A stretch of DNA of 64,000 nt, taken from an uncultured delta proteobacterium (lineage in GTDB: Bacteria; Desulfobacterota; Syntrophorhabdia; Syntrophorhabdales; WCHB1-27). Under the pieces are notes generated by a model. That model worked only from the letters and a program-made list of their open reading frames with translations. It was not told the origin of the DNA and did not search any database. The DNA is taken from NCBI GenBank assembly GCA_963810935.1, contig CAWEPK010000001.1, positions 64,001 to 128,000 on the forward strand. Reading direction: 5' to 3'. Below are positions 31,470-41,825 of the stretch, piece after piece. Position 1 is the first letter of the stretch, and each line of letters starts with the position of its first letter. The position numbers and the translations under genes were made by a program.

Positions 31470-33158
31470 GTGGCGCCGGAGCGCAGCAGGAAAGCGAGAA
31501 TAGTCTATCTAACGGCCATCCTTGCCGTTGCCTACGCGGTCTTCTTTTACAACCTGGGCGCCTATTCATTAAAGGAGCCGGACGAGGGCAGGTACGCGGA
31601 GATACCGCGTGAGATGGTCGAGCAGGGCGATTACCTCGTACCGCACCTGGATTACGTCCGGTACTTCGAAAAGCCGCCGCTGCTGTACTGGGCCTGTGCG
31701 GCATCGTACAAAGTTTTCGGCATCAATGAATGGTCATTCAGGCTTCCGAACGCGGCTTCTGCGCTGGTGTGCGCCTTTGCGACCTATCTTTTTGCAGCCC
31801 GCCTATTCTCGGCGCAAGCCGGTTTTATGTCCGCCCTCATATTAATGACCTCTTTCGGCTTTTTCGGCATGGCCCGCATCGGGACGATAGACATGCTTCT
31901 CTCCTTTCTCCTATCGGCTGCCGTTTTCTCATTCTATGAATTCTACAGGACGGAGAGAAGGCGTTTTCTCTATCTGTTTTCGGCGGCCCTCGCCCTTGCC
32001 GCACTTGCCAAAGGCCCCGTAGCCGTTATCCTGCCGGCAGTTACGGTCGTCATTTTCCTGTGCCTTGAAAAACGGATTTCGTTCCTGAAGAAACTGGCGT
32101 CCGCGAGGGCGCTTCTCCTTTTCGCCGCTGTCTGTGTCCCCTGGTTTATCGCCATCTGCATGAGGGAAAAGGAGTTCTTTCAGTTCTTCTTCATCGACCA
32201 GAACTTACTCAGGTTCGTAACCACGAAGCATCACAGGAGCGGCCCCATTTATTATTTCCTGCCGGTTATTTTCGGCGGTCTGTTCCCCTGGTCGCTCTTT
32301 ATCCCCAGGGCCGTGGCCTGCCTCTGGAGAAGGAGGGAGTTGCGGCTCCTCTGGATCTGGTGCTGTGTCGTCTTCATTTTTTTCAGCCTTTCCGGTTCCA
32401 AGCTGCCGCCCTACATCCTCCCGCTGTTTCCTGCCGCATGTGTCATCCTCGGCTGCCTTTTTCAGGAAATGCGCCGGGGGAGCGTCCGGCCGGGGGCCGA
32501 GAACATATGTTTCGCGCTCTTCTTTGCGGTGGTTGCGGCTGCCGGCTTATACGTTTCGTCGGGGCGCGCCGACAGGCTCCTTTCCGACATGGCCGAATTG
32601 ACTGCCATGCCGGCAGGTGCGCACGGCCTTGCCCTATGGATATCGTCGGCTTCCCTGGTTGCCCTTGCCGCCCTTGCGTCGAAGAAGGCGCGCCGGCCGG
32701 CCGGGCTGTTCGTCCTCCTGGCGGCCTTTTCTTTATCGATATGCGTGGGGATCATGGTCCAAGTGCGGATGATCGACGGCCTCAACACTACGAAGGAGCT
32801 GGCGCGGGAAGCGCAGACGTTGCGGACAGTGAATACTGCCATAGTCAATTACGGGGTCTTCGATGAAACCCTGCCTTTCTACGTGGCAGGAAGAACTTAC
32901 ATAGCCGACTACAAGGGCGAGCTCGAGATGGGATCGAAGTACCCGGACTCGAAAGGGACGTTCCTGGGCACGGACGCGTTCTTGCGGATGTTCCGGTCCG
33001 ACCGGCCGGTCCTTGTCGTATTCAAGGAAAGCCGGATCAACCGGCTGCGCAGGCTGGGCATCGATGAAGCGCCCGTTATGTGCCATGCGGACCGGTGCCT
33101 CATTGCCAACCTGGCCGCATCGGCCGGCGCGGCGGGAATAATAGATGGAAGAAAGTAA
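31470..33158 (+). CDS. glycosyltransferase family 39 (ArnT-like)
   Basis: PDEGRYAEIPREM, YFEKPPLLYW, LAKGP, SKLPPYILP. Confidence 0.9.
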   Translation: MAPERSRKARIVYLTAILAVAYAVFFYNLGAYSLKEPDEGRYAEIPREMVEQGDYLVPHLDYVRYFEKPPLLYWACAASYKVFGINEWSFRLPNAASALVCAFATYLFAARLFSAQAGFMSALILMTSFGFFGMARIGTIDMLLSFLLSAAVFSFYEFYRTERRRFLYLFSAALALAALAKGPVAVILPAVTVVIFLCLEKRISFLKKLASARALLLFAAVCVPWFIAICMREKEFFQFFFIDQNLLRFVTTKHHRSGPIYYFLPVIFGGLFPWSLFIPRAVACLWRRRELRLLWIWCCVVFIFFSLSGSKLPPYILPLFPAACVILGCLFQEMRRGSVRPGAENICFALFFAVVAAAGLYVSSGRADRLLSDMAELTAMPAGAHGLALWISSASLVALAALASKKARRPAGLFVLLAAFSLSICVGIMVQVRMIDGLNTTKELAREAQTLRTVNTAIVNYGVFDETLPFYVAGRTYIADYKGELEMGSKYPDSKGTFLGTDAFLRMFRSDRPVLVVFKESRINRLRRLGIDEAPVMCHADRCLIANLAASAGAAGIIDGRK

Positions 33159-33831
33159 AAGCGAGCTTTTCGACGACTGGCCGGAACGATACGACCGGTG
33201 GTTTGAAACGCCCATCGGGTCGCAGGTCAAAGCGTGCGAGGAGGCGCTCGTCATGGAGATGCTTACCCCGGAGCCCAGGGAGGCCATCCTGGATGCGGGC
33301 AGCGGCACGGGCGTCTTCACCTTGCCGATTATAGCGGCGGGCGCCCTTGTCACGGGCCTGGACATCTCGCTGCCTATGGTCCGGTCTTCGGTCCGCAAGC
33401 TGGGGCGTGCCTCCTTCAGCCCGGTGGTGGCAGATATGGCCTCACTACCCTTCCGCGACGCTGTCTTCGACAAATCCGTATCGATAACGGCCCTGGAGTT
33501 CGTAGAGGACGGGGCGTGGGCTGTCGCAGAGCTTTTACGGGTCACGAAGGCGGGCGGCCTGGTGGTCGCGGCAACGCTCAACAGCGAGAGCCCCTGGGCA
33601 GCCCGCAGGAGAAAAGAGGCGGGGGAAAAAGAAAGCATCTTCAGGAAGGCCGTTTTCAGGTCTGAAGCCGACATGCGCGCACTCGCGCCGTTCCCGGCGG
33701 AAGTAGCGACTGCCGTGCATTTCGATAAGGAGACAGACCCTGCGTCGGCCGTCCCGCTTGAGCGGGCAGGGCGGCAAAAAAACCTCATGACAGGGGCGTT
33801 CATCGCCGCCCGCTGGCGCAAGCCTCTGTAA
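33145..33831 (+). CDS. class I SAM-dependent methyltransferase
   Basis: ILDAGSGTG, GLDIS, LPFRDAVFD motifs. Confidence 0.88.
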   Translation: MEESKSELFDDWPERYDRWFETPIGSQVKACEEALVMEMLTPEPREAILDAGSGTGVFTLPIIAAGALVTGLDISLPMVRSSVRKLGRASFSPVVADMASLPFRDAVFDKSVSITALEFVEDGAWAVAELLRVTKAGGLVVAATLNSESPWAARRRKEAGEKESIFRKAVFRSEADMRALAPFPAEVATAVHFDKETDPASAVPLERAGRQKNLMTGAFIAARWRKPL

Positions 33832-33855
33832 ACGGGGCGAGCGCTTCGCGCCCTT

Positions 33856-34671
33856 TTAGAGCGCTTCGGCCTGGAACCGGGGAATGCTGCCCTTCTCCAG
33901 GTTTTCCTCGTAAACCTTGACGAATAAAAACGAGGTCGCTATAAGATAGGCTGCCGACAGCAGAGCGCCGGCTGTCAGGTCGAAGGCATAGCCTGCCGGC
34001 AGGCTTCCTGTCGCGAGGACGGCGCGGCAACCCTCGAAGACGTACGACGGCGGGATCGCCTTTGCAATGATCTGCAGGGAGGAGGGCAGGGTCGAGATGG
34101 GGTAATATACGCCCGCAAAGATCGAGAGCACCATCGGTATAGGCCAGCCGAGCCACTCCGCCGAGGGGCCCAGCCGGAAGATGATGGCAGAGATGAATAT
34201 GCCCATAGATATGCCGAACAGCAGGAGTATCAGGAGAAAAGGAAAAAGAAGAGACCCTATTTTAAGCATATTGTAGCCGAAAGCGACTGAGGCCAAAGCG
34301 ATCATGGCCACAAACCCGACCGCGCCGCTCGCGACGCTCGTCATTATGAGGCCGCCGAGATATTCCCTTATCTTAAGGGGCGAGGCGAAAAAGTTAATGA
34401 AGTTCTGGCTCCAGATGTCTTCGAGGAAGGCCATCATGATCCCCTGCTCGATCCTTACCATGAACTCCCATAGAATAATCGCGCCGAGGATGACCGTAAT
34501 GAACCCGAAAGTATCCTGCCCCAGGGACCCCAGATATTTGCTGATGAACCCCCACTGGACGATGTCGATGAGGAGCCACAGAAAAATACTTACCATACGG
34601 GTGGGGTTGCTTTTGTAAAGGAAAAATTGCCGGACGAAGATCGCCAGCATCCTGTGAAGGCTCATTCGCAT
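33856..34671 (-). CDS. ABC-2 type transporter permease
   Basis: 6 TM, GVYYPISTLP; coupled to the upstream ATPase. Confidence 0.85.
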   Translation of the reverse strand: MRMSLHRMLAIFVRQFFLYKSNPTRMVSIFLWLLIDIVQWGFISKYLGSLGQDTFGFITVILGAIILWEFMVRIEQGIMMAFLEDIWSQNFINFFASPLKIREYLGGLIMTSVASGAVGFVAMIALASVAFGYNMLKIGSLLFPFLLILLLFGISMGIFISAIIFRLGPSAEWLGWPIPMVLSIFAGVYYPISTLPSSLQIIAKAIPPSYVFEGCRAVLATGSLPAGYAFDLTAGALLSAAYLIATSFLFVKVYEENLEKGSIPRFQAEAL

Positions 34672-35438
34672 TACTCCTTAAAGGAGACGGGCTCCCGGGC
34701 GACCGCTATGAAGAGCTCTTCGAGGTCTTTCTTTCCGTGCTCGGCCGGTAGCCTGGCCGGATGGCCCTCGAGGAGGACCTGCCCGCGAGACAGGAAAAGC
34801 ACCTTATCGCAAACCTCCGCGATCTCGGTCATATTGTGGGAGGTCCAGAGTATGCCCGCATTGAGGACGCGGACATACTCTTTTATCTTCTCCCGTACCA
34901 GCAGCGAGATGCTGGGGTCCAGCGAGGCTGTAGGCTCGTCCAGAAGCAGGAGCCTCGGGCTGTTCATTACCGCCTTTGCGAGGTTAAGGCGGCTCATCTC
35001 GCCGGAAGAGAGAAGGCCCGCTTTCTTGTCCGCGAAGCGTTCCAGGTCGAACTCGCGCATAAGGGCGGCCAGCTTCTTCTTTATCTTTCTCACCCCGTAG
35101 AGAAGGGCAAAGACGAAGAGGTTCTGCCGGACGGTAAGGTTGGCGGGCACCTGGGCGTATACGGCAGCGAAGTTGACGTAGCGGCCTATATCGGAGCGGC
35201 GCTTGTTCAGGTTCTTCCCCATCACTTCGATCGTGCCCTCCGTCGACTTCAGGATGCCGAGGACCATGTTGATCGTAGTGGTCTTGCCCGCCCCGTTCGG
35301 ACCGAGCAGCCCCACTATCTCACCCTGTCCGACCGAAAAGGAAATATGGTCCAACGCCCTGAAGCCGCCGTAGTCCTTTGTCAGTCCGGTGATTTTCAGG
35401 ATGGGCTCTCCGCTTGTAGTCTGAACGGGATCCTTCAT
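34671..35438 (-). CDS. ABC transporter ATP-binding protein
   Basis: GPNGAGKTT, LSSGE, LLLDEP, TSH. Confidence 0.9.
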   Translation of the reverse strand: MKDPVQTTSGEPILKITGLTKDYGGFRALDHISFSVGQGEIVGLLGPNGAGKTTTINMVLGILKSTEGTIEVMGKNLNKRRSDIGRYVNFAAVYAQVPANLTVRQNLFVFALLYGVRKIKKKLAALMREFDLERFADKKAGLLSSGEMSRLNLAKAVMNSPRLLLLDEPTASLDPSISLLVREKIKEYVRVLNAGILWTSHNMTEIAEVCDKVLFLSRGQVLLEGHPARLPAEHGKKDLEELFIAVAREPVSFKE

Positions 35439-35577
35439 ACACCGTAGGATAAGGCAGAACCGGGCGGATTGCAAAAGAGAGCGCAGGATGGGGGCATCGG
35501 CGAGAATGCCCCCGGCCGGCTGCGGATCAAAAGGCCCCTTTCCGTGAGGCCATCGACTTTTCGTGCGTGAGGATATG

Positions 35578-35973
35578 CTACCTTGCTATCACTACAATCT
35601 GACCCTTCATGCCGTGCATCTTATCCATGAACTTGTTGCTGTAAAACTTGTATATTCCTGACTTCTCGAAGAGGAGCTTTGCGTCAAGCGTCTTGTTGGC
35701 CGGGATATCCACTCCCTGGAATAGTTCTCCATTGGGTTTATTGATGGTGAAGTTGTGGTTCTTGGAGGTCATGTTCTCCAGCTTTAGAATAAGCGTCTCC
35801 CCCTGGTATATTTGGAAGTTGTTCGGATCGAACTTGTGATCCAGTATCTTAACGTTGACGACGTAGTCCATTTTAGCTTCCAGGACGACCGGTTTTTGAA
35901 GACCGCTGCATGCCGCAATCGCTACCACCAATCCGAAAACAAGCACAGCCGACCAGACGATCCGCCTTTTCAT
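35578..35973 (-). CDS. cupredoxin-domain lipoprotein
   Basis: IAAC lipobox, FDPN, HNFTI, G.YKFY...GMKGQIVV. Confidence 0.7.
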   Translation of the reverse strand: MKRRIVWSAVLVFGLVVAIAACSGLQKPVVLEAKMDYVVNVKILDHKFDPNNFQIYQGETLILKLENMTSKNHNFTINKPNGELFQGVDIPANKTLDAKLLFEKSGIYKFYSNKFMDKMHGMKGQIVVIAR

Positions 35974-36098
35974 GGCATCCTCCTTGTGAGTGGTTAGCAA
36001 ATGGGCGTATCAATGGATCACGGCACTGCACCGTCGCCCTTATTCCAATATAAGACTGCCTTTTTTCGTTTCAATCGGGTTGCTGCGGTATGCTGCGA

Positions 36099-36581
36099 TT
36101 ATATTTCCGGATGGGAGCGGAGGGCCTTCAGAAAGTCTTCGGGTATGGGTACGACACGCCGCGTCCGGTAGTTGAGGATCAACACGGACGTCTCGGCAAG
36201 GGCAATTACTTTCCCATCTCTCACAATCCTTTGATAAATGCAGAAGCCCTTTCGCGTGAACGCGTCGAAATGCGTATCCACGACGATCTCGTCCGAGACA
36301 AGACCTTCGGCCATGAAGCTCACCGCAAGATCTACTATAATGATGCCCGTGGCCCCGTCGCCCAGGTCCGACTCCAGGAGGCCCATGGAGTGAAATACAT
36401 GCGCGCGGGCTCGGCTTAGAAGCAGGACGATGTTATCCGTGCCGAGGTGGTGCCCGCCTTCGCTTAAGTCTTCCGGACGGACCGTCACCGGGTAGTGGAA
36501 CGTATATGACTTCTGCTCGGCAAGCTTAACCGGGCCGGCCGACCGCCTGCGGCAAAGCCGGCGCACTGCCGTATCAGCCAT
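36099..36581 (-). CDS. thioesterase family (hot-dog fold) protein
   Basis: VTVRPEDL..GGHHLG, IIIVDLAVSF, VVPIPEDF; start uncertain. Confidence 0.75.
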   Translation of the reverse strand: MADTAVRRLCRRRSAGPVKLAEQKSYTFHYPVTVRPEDLSEGGHHLGTDNIVLLLSRARAHVFHSMGLLESDLGDGATGIIIVDLAVSFMAEGLVSDEIVVDTHFDAFTRKGFCIYQRIVRDGKVIALAETSVLILNYRTRRVVPIPEDFLKALRSHPEI

Positions 36582-36701
36582 CGCTTCGAACCCCTCATTT
36601 TTCGATTTTGAAAGAAGGTATCACGCAGCCGGCTGCCTGTCAATAAAACGCCTTTGGCCTGCTGTGCGACGAAGAAAAAGTGTATATTAGATCAGGCGGC
36701 C

Positions 36702-37529
36702 ATGATAGAGATCAGGGACCTGACAAAAACCTACGGGGCAGTGACGGCCGTGAACCGTGTGAGCCTCACGGTGGAGACGGGGGAGGTCTTCGGCCTCCTC
36801 GGCCCCAACGGGGCGGGAAAGACTACGCTCATAAAAATGCTCACCCTGCTTTCGAGGCCCGATTCGGGCGGCTTCACGATAGCGGGTCTCGATGCGTCGC
36901 GCCCTTCAGCGATCAAGCGGCTGATCGGCGTCATGCCCCAGGAGAATAACCTTGAGCGGGAGCTGACCGCGGGCGAGAATTTGCTCGTCTACGGAATGCT
37001 CCACGGCCTGGACAGTCTCTCCGAAAATATAGAACATACCCTTTCGACCATCGGCCTGCTGGACCGGAAGGGGTCGTTCGTCTCCGAGTTTTCAGGAGGC
37101 ATGCAGAGGAGGCTCCTCCTCGGCAGGGCGCTCATGACGCAGCCTGCCGTCGTCTTTCTCGACGAGCCTTCCATCGGCCTCGATCCGCAGATAAGGCGGC
37201 AGATGTGGGACCTGATACGTAAGGCCAGGATCGAGGGGCGGACGGTCGTCATCACGACGCATTACATCGAGGAGGCGGAGGCCCTGTGCGACAGAGTCGG
37301 CATACTTGCCAAAGGGAGCCTGGTCGCCCTGGGGGCCCCGGCCGAGCTTAAGACGCAGGTGGGGGATTACGTAGTCGAGTACGTCGATGACGACGGCCGG
37401 CTGATACAGCACATGTGCAAGAGCAGGGCGGAGGCCCAACAAGCGGCCGGTAGTGTGGAGAACGGCGTCACTATAAGGCGTTCCAACCTGGAAGACGTCT
37501 TCATCAAGATTACCGGGGAGCGGCTGTAA
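36702..37529 (+). CDS. ABC transporter ATP-binding protein (DrrA/NodI-like)
   Basis: GPNGAGKTT, FSGGMQRR, FLDEP, TTHYIEEA. Confidence 0.9.
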   Translation: MIEIRDLTKTYGAVTAVNRVSLTVETGEVFGLLGPNGAGKTTLIKMLTLLSRPDSGGFTIAGLDASRPSAIKRLIGVMPQENNLERELTAGENLLVYGMLHGLDSLSENIEHTLSTIGLLDRKGSFVSEFSGGMQRRLLLGRALMTQPAVVFLDEPSIGLDPQIRRQMWDLIRKARIEGRTVVITTHYIEEAEALCDRVGILAKGSLVALGAPAELKTQVGDYVVEYVDDDGRLIQHMCKSRAEAQQAAGSVENGVTIRRSNLEDVFIKITGERL

Positions 37530-37684
37530 TGACAAACATAGCTGGATGGTACTTGATCTATCTCAAAGATGAAGGAAACGATCCAGGCAGGTTCCCGTAT
37601 CATCCTTTTTATGAGGGGGTGGCTCCACGAGCTTCGCTCGTGGAGGGGGCGACGCGAGCCCCGGTAATTGGGGAGCGGCTCTAA
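37529..37684 (+). other. 51-aa linker ORF formed by a duplicated gene junction plus a family B repeat
   Basis: TAATG overlap at both ends; begins like the permease (MT...WY.IYLK) and ends like the ATPase (GERL*). Confidence 0.45.
37608..37671 (+). repeat. REP-like element, family B
   Basis: tttatgagggggtggctccacgagcttcgctcgtggagggggcgacgcgagccccggtaattgg. Confidence 0.65.
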
Positions 37685-38433
37685 TGACGCGGCTGACCGA
37701 ATGGTACCCCATATATCTTAAAGAGATGCTCATCTTCAAGAGGAAGCTCTTCAAGCTGGGCTATCTTTTCTCCGCCATGGTCATACCCGTGATGTACCTC
37801 GTTGCCTTCGGACTCGGCCTCGGCAAGAGCGTCCAGACGGGCCACGGCACCTACCTCGACTTCCTTATCCCCGGCCTCGTCGCCATGAGCTCGATGACGA
37901 ACTCATATGCCTGGCTTGCCGGCGCCATCGCCATCAACAGGCTCTATTTCAAGTCTTTCCAGGTACTCGTGCAGGCCCCTATCAGTCCATCTTCCATTAT
38001 GGTCGGCGAGGTGCTGGCGGGTATGACGAAAGGGGTCTTCGCTTCCATTCTTATACTGTTGGTCGGTTTCGGCATATCGGCGCATTTCCGCGTGACGCTG
38101 CTTTTTATCGGGACCCTGTTGCTCAATTGCTTTCTCTTCGCCTGCATGGGCATCGTCACGGGGTTAGCGGCCAAGTCCCATGAGGACACCTCGACCTACT
38201 CGAACTTATTCATCCTGCCCATGGCCTTTTTCAGCGGCACCTTTTTTCCTGTGGACAGGGCGCCCATTGTCATCAAGTGGATCATCTACATTATGCCCCT
38301 CACGCATACGAACATCCTGATTCGGGCGTCGCGTTTCGACGGCAGTGTTATGGTCTCCCTCACCGTGCTCCTTGCCTACTCCATGGCCCTCTTCGCGTAC
38401 GGGTCACGTCAAATAAGACGATACAGCGAGTAA
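37684..38433 (+). CDS. ABC-2 type transporter permease
   Basis: YLDFLIPG, LPMAFFSGTFFP, MPLTH. Confidence 0.88.
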   Translation: MTRLTEWYPIYLKEMLIFKRKLFKLGYLFSAMVIPVMYLVAFGLGLGKSVQTGHGTYLDFLIPGLVAMSSMTNSYAWLAGAIAINRLYFKSFQVLVQAPISPSSIMVGEVLAGMTKGVFASILILLVGFGISAHFRVTLLFIGTLLLNCFLFACMGIVTGLAAKSHEDTSTYSNLFILPMAFFSGTFFPVDRAPIVIKWIIYIMPLTHTNILIRASRFDGSVMVSLTVLLAYSMALFAYGSRQIRRYSE

Positions 38434-38470
38434 AAATATCCTGGAATGAGCGAGGTCCGCGCGGCGAGTT

Positions 38471-40066
38471 TTACGGGACTGGCGGGGACTGCGCATCCGG
38501 GGGAGCGGCGGACGGCGCGGCCATCCGGTCCCTGTCCCTGTCGATGTCGTGCGACAGGCGGTAAGCGATGTAATAGCGGTTCACATTGGCCACGTACCGT
38601 ACTGTTTCCTCGCCTATCTTGTCGAGGACGACGCGCTCCACGTGGTCAAACCAGAGGTTGGGGTTGAGGCCCCGCCTCTTTGCCTCGCGCCGCATTGCCT
38701 GAATGCGCATCGGCCCTGCGTTGTATGCGGCGAGACTGAAATCGACCTTTGAGTCAGGGGGGATATCTTCCTCGTTGAAATAATTGCTCCTTATCCAGCC
38801 GATATAGGCGACGCCAGCGGCTATATTGCTGTGCGCGTTGGTGATGTCCCTGTAACCCATGCTCCTGCCGGTCGAGGGAAGGAGCTGCATGATGCCGATG
38901 GCGCCCTTGCGGCTCCTGACTTTCTGATCGAGCTGCGATTCCTGATATCCCTGCGCCATCATCATGAGCCAGTCGAGCTTGTTCTTCTCCCCCGCTTCCT
39001 TGAAATGCGGGCCCACCTGCTTTACCCTGGCGGAAAGCTCGCCCGCCAGCGGGTTCTCTATGAACTTCGTGTCCTTGAAGTAGCGCTTCATGGCAACGGC
39101 GTACCGGCGCCGCATGTTCCTGTTCGTGCTCGCGTAGTCGATGAAATCGTTCAGGCTCTTCAGGAATTCGACATTTTCCGGCCGCACGGCCCAGGCTATG
39201 TCGCCGCCCTTGGTCAGGGCGACATCGGGCACTATAGTGATATTAGGAAGCACCTGCGCCCATAGGCGGGCGATAAAATCGTCCGCGACGGTCAGGTCCA
39301 GGATGCCCGCATTGACCATCTCCAGTATGTCGTCGGCGTTCGCGCTCGCAGGCATCTCCACTATGTCGGCCGGTGTAAGCCCGGCGGTCTTCAACCGGTC
39401 GTTAAGCTCATGCAAGTGCTGGGCGAAGCTGCTGCCGCGCAATACGTAGACCTTCCTGCCCGAAAGCTCGTTCAGGTTCTTCGGCAGCTCGACTCCCGTA
39501 TGGGCTACAAAGACTTCGGAGACATTGTCTATGTACGAGTCGGTGAATGCCGCCCGGCGCCGCCTCTCGGGCGTCGCAGTGATGAAGCCCGCCGCGATAT
39601 CGCCCTTGCCCTGGATAAGAAAAGGGATCAGCTCCTCGAAGCGGACCGGTATGAACGTTATGCTTATCTTCGGCTTCTTCTTCCGCGTCAACCTATTGAG
39701 GAACTTCTCATACTCCATGAACGCCTCGCATTCGAACCCGTAGGGCCTGCCGTTGGCAACGAAGAACTCTGTGCGGCCGTAATGGACCAGAATGCGTATG
39801 TTGCGCGTCCCGGGGCCGAGGTCCGATGTCTTCTTGACGACGGGCCTGTACAGGACAGCGGCCTCCAGCTCGCCGCCTGTTGGGTCCAGTAAAGAGACCT
39901 TCTCGTCGGGAACGGCATCGCGGGCGGGCGTCCGGCCTGCAGGCGACCGGGAAACAGCCGGGGAGGGCAGGCAGAGAACGAGGGCGACGCAAAGCGCCGC
40001 AGCGACGGCGGCCCCTATCACCCGGGCGGCCGCGTTCCTGCTTCGTTTTTTGTTCAAGCCCCGCAT
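38471..40066 (-). CDS. MltF-like lytic transglycosylase (SBP family 3 + SLT domain)
   Basis: GKGDIAAG.IT.TPER; QGYQES, GAIGIMQL, AAYNAG, ETVRYV. Confidence 0.88.
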   Translation of the reverse strand: MRGLNKKRSRNAAARVIGAAVAAALCVALVLCLPSPAVSRSPAGRTPARDAVPDEKVSLLDPTGGELEAAVLYRPVVKKTSDLGPGTRNIRILVHYGRTEFFVANGRPYGFECEAFMEYEKFLNRLTRKKKPKISITFIPVRFEELIPFLIQGKGDIAAGFITATPERRRRAAFTDSYIDNVSEVFVAHTGVELPKNLNELSGRKVYVLRGSSFAQHLHELNDRLKTAGLTPADIVEMPASANADDILEMVNAGILDLTVADDFIARLWAQVLPNITIVPDVALTKGGDIAWAVRPENVEFLKSLNDFIDYASTNRNMRRRYAVAMKRYFKDTKFIENPLAGELSARVKQVGPHFKEAGEKNKLDWLMMMAQGYQESQLDQKVRSRKGAIGIMQLLPSTGRSMGYRDITNAHSNIAAGVAYIGWIRSNYFNEEDIPPDSKVDFSLAAYNAGPMRIQAMRREAKRRGLNPNLWFDHVERVVLDKIGEETVRYVANVNRYYIAYRLSHDIDRDRDRMAAPSAAPPDAQSPPVP

Positions 40067-40166
40067 GGTCTTACATTCTACAATTTTAGTGCGTAACTTG
40101 TTAAGGACTTTTATCTGTACACATTGACAGTCATGATACAATAGAAGAAAAAAGCAGGAGGTTCTA

Positions 40167-40730
40167 ATGGCAAGAATCGAGGTCGGTACCGAAGGCATCT
40201 GCTATCCCATGCCATGCTCGCTGGTCGGGTGCAACGTGGAAGGCAAACCAACGTTTCTCACGGTCGCGTGGTTCAGTATGGTGAATCCCAAGCCGCCTTA
40301 CATAATGATCTCCCTGGGCAAGCATTATTCGAACCCGGGTATCATCGGGAACGGTACGTTCAGCGTAAACATCCCCTCCGTGTCGATGGTCGAGGAGACC
40401 GATTATTGCGGCATAGCGTCGGGGAAGAAATACGACAAGTCCGGCCTTTTCAAGGTCTTTTACGGGAAACTGGGGAGTGCGCCCATGATCGACGACTGCC
40501 CTTACAGCATGGAGTGCAAGCTCGTAAAGAGGGTCGAATTACCGGCGGAGGAAATGTTCATCGGCGAGATCGTCGCGGCCTATGCCGACGAGCGTTTCCT
40601 TACGAATGGGGTGCCTGACCTTGCGAAGACGCAGCCCTTTGTGCTCTCCATCGCAGACCGCAGGTACCTGGGCCTCGGAGCGGAAGTGGGAAAGGCATGG
40701 GAAGCAGGTAAAAAACTGATGGGCAAATGA
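40167..40730 (+). CDS. flavin reductase family protein (flavoredoxin-like)
   Basis: YPMP..LVG, FSVNIPS, DYCGIASG, APMI, FIGEI. Confidence 0.88.
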   Translation: MARIEVGTEGICYPMPCSLVGCNVEGKPTFLTVAWFSMVNPKPPYIMISLGKHYSNPGIIGNGTFSVNIPSVSMVEETDYCGIASGKKYDKSGLFKVFYGKLGSAPMIDDCPYSMECKLVKRVELPAEEMFIGEIVAAYADERFLTNGVPDLAKTQPFVLSIADRRYLGLGAEVGKAWEAGKKLMGK

Positions 40731-40915
40731 CGGCCCTATTCGTCAGCGGGTGGCCCCCTGTTCACAGGGTTGAATCGTTCCGTTTCCTATAGCGATCAAT
40801 ATTAGCATCAAAGGCGATGAGACGTTTATCATGAAAATGTTTTAATGACAAGAGTTTTTTCTTGACATGCCTACCACCATAGTGGTAAATAGATTTGTAT
40901 AGAAAACGTGTAGGC

Positions 40916-41773
40916 ATGTATAACGCACCTGTTTTAAAGAAAGGCATCGAGATACTCCGTCTCATAACGGGCACGAGCGAGCTGCTCGGCGTGAGCGAGA
41001 TATCACGCAGGCTTTCCATCGTGAAGAGCACCACGTTGGGCATATTGAAGGCACTCGAGGAAGAAGGTTTGCTCGCCCAAGACCCCGTTACAAAGAAATA
41101 CGTGCCGGGATCCTCCCTTTTCGATCTGTCTAAAAGCGTGCTGCGCAGCATGGACTTGCCTTTTGTGGCCAAGCCTTTTCTGGAGAGGCTGGCGGAGCAG
41201 GTCGGCGAGACGGCTATTTTGGCCGCGTGGGAGATGGATGGGTCGTTCAGGGTACTAGAAGTCGGCGAGCCCAAGCGGGAGATGAAGATCACGGTCCCCG
41301 TCGGTACGCGCCTTCCGCTCCATACTGCGGCCCTGATGAAGGTGTTTCTGAGCCGGATGACGGAGGAGGAGATCGGCCGCATCGTTGGAGATAAGCCCCT
41401 GCCCAAGTATACGGAGCATACCATCACTAGCCGCGAAAAGTTGCTTGAGGAGTTGGAGCGGGTCCGCACCGAGGGCTATGCCATTGACTGCGAGGAGTAC
41501 CGTAGGGGCGTGCGCGCCCTTACCGTTCCCGTCTTCAAGGGGGACCACTCCACAACGGCTATTTCCATCTTCGGCCTTGCCGGCTCGATGGATGACAGGC
41601 ACATCCCCGAGATGGTAACAGCAATGAAGAATACCGCCCATGCGATAGGCAGGAAGATGCTGCTTATGACGGGTGGTTACGATGAGTCGGACAGTGTAAT
41701 CGGCGGTCCCGGCCTGGAGGATAGACCGGGCCATAGGCCCCTGCGTAAATCAGGTGCACAAGCGCCCGGTTGA
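40916..41773 (+). CDS. IclR family transcriptional regulator
   Basis: N-terminal HTH GVSEISRRL..VKST; VGTRLPLHTAA, YTEHTIT, GYAIDCEE. Confidence 0.9.
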   Translation: MYNAPVLKKGIEILRLITGTSELLGVSEISRRLSIVKSTTLGILKALEEEGLLAQDPVTKKYVPGSSLFDLSKSVLRSMDLPFVAKPFLERLAEQVGETAILAAWEMDGSFRVLEVGEPKREMKITVPVGTRLPLHTAALMKVFLSRMTEEEIGRIVGDKPLPKYTEHTITSREKLLEELERVRTEGYAIDCEEYRRGVRALTVPVFKGDHSTTAISIFGLAGSMDDRHIPEMVTAMKNTAHAIGRKMLLMTGGYDESDSVIGGPGLEDRPGHRPLRKSGAQAPG

Positions 41774-41825
41774 CGCTTTAGACGGAAGCACGTTAGCTCT
41801 TAACCTTTATTTTGAAGGGGGTACA

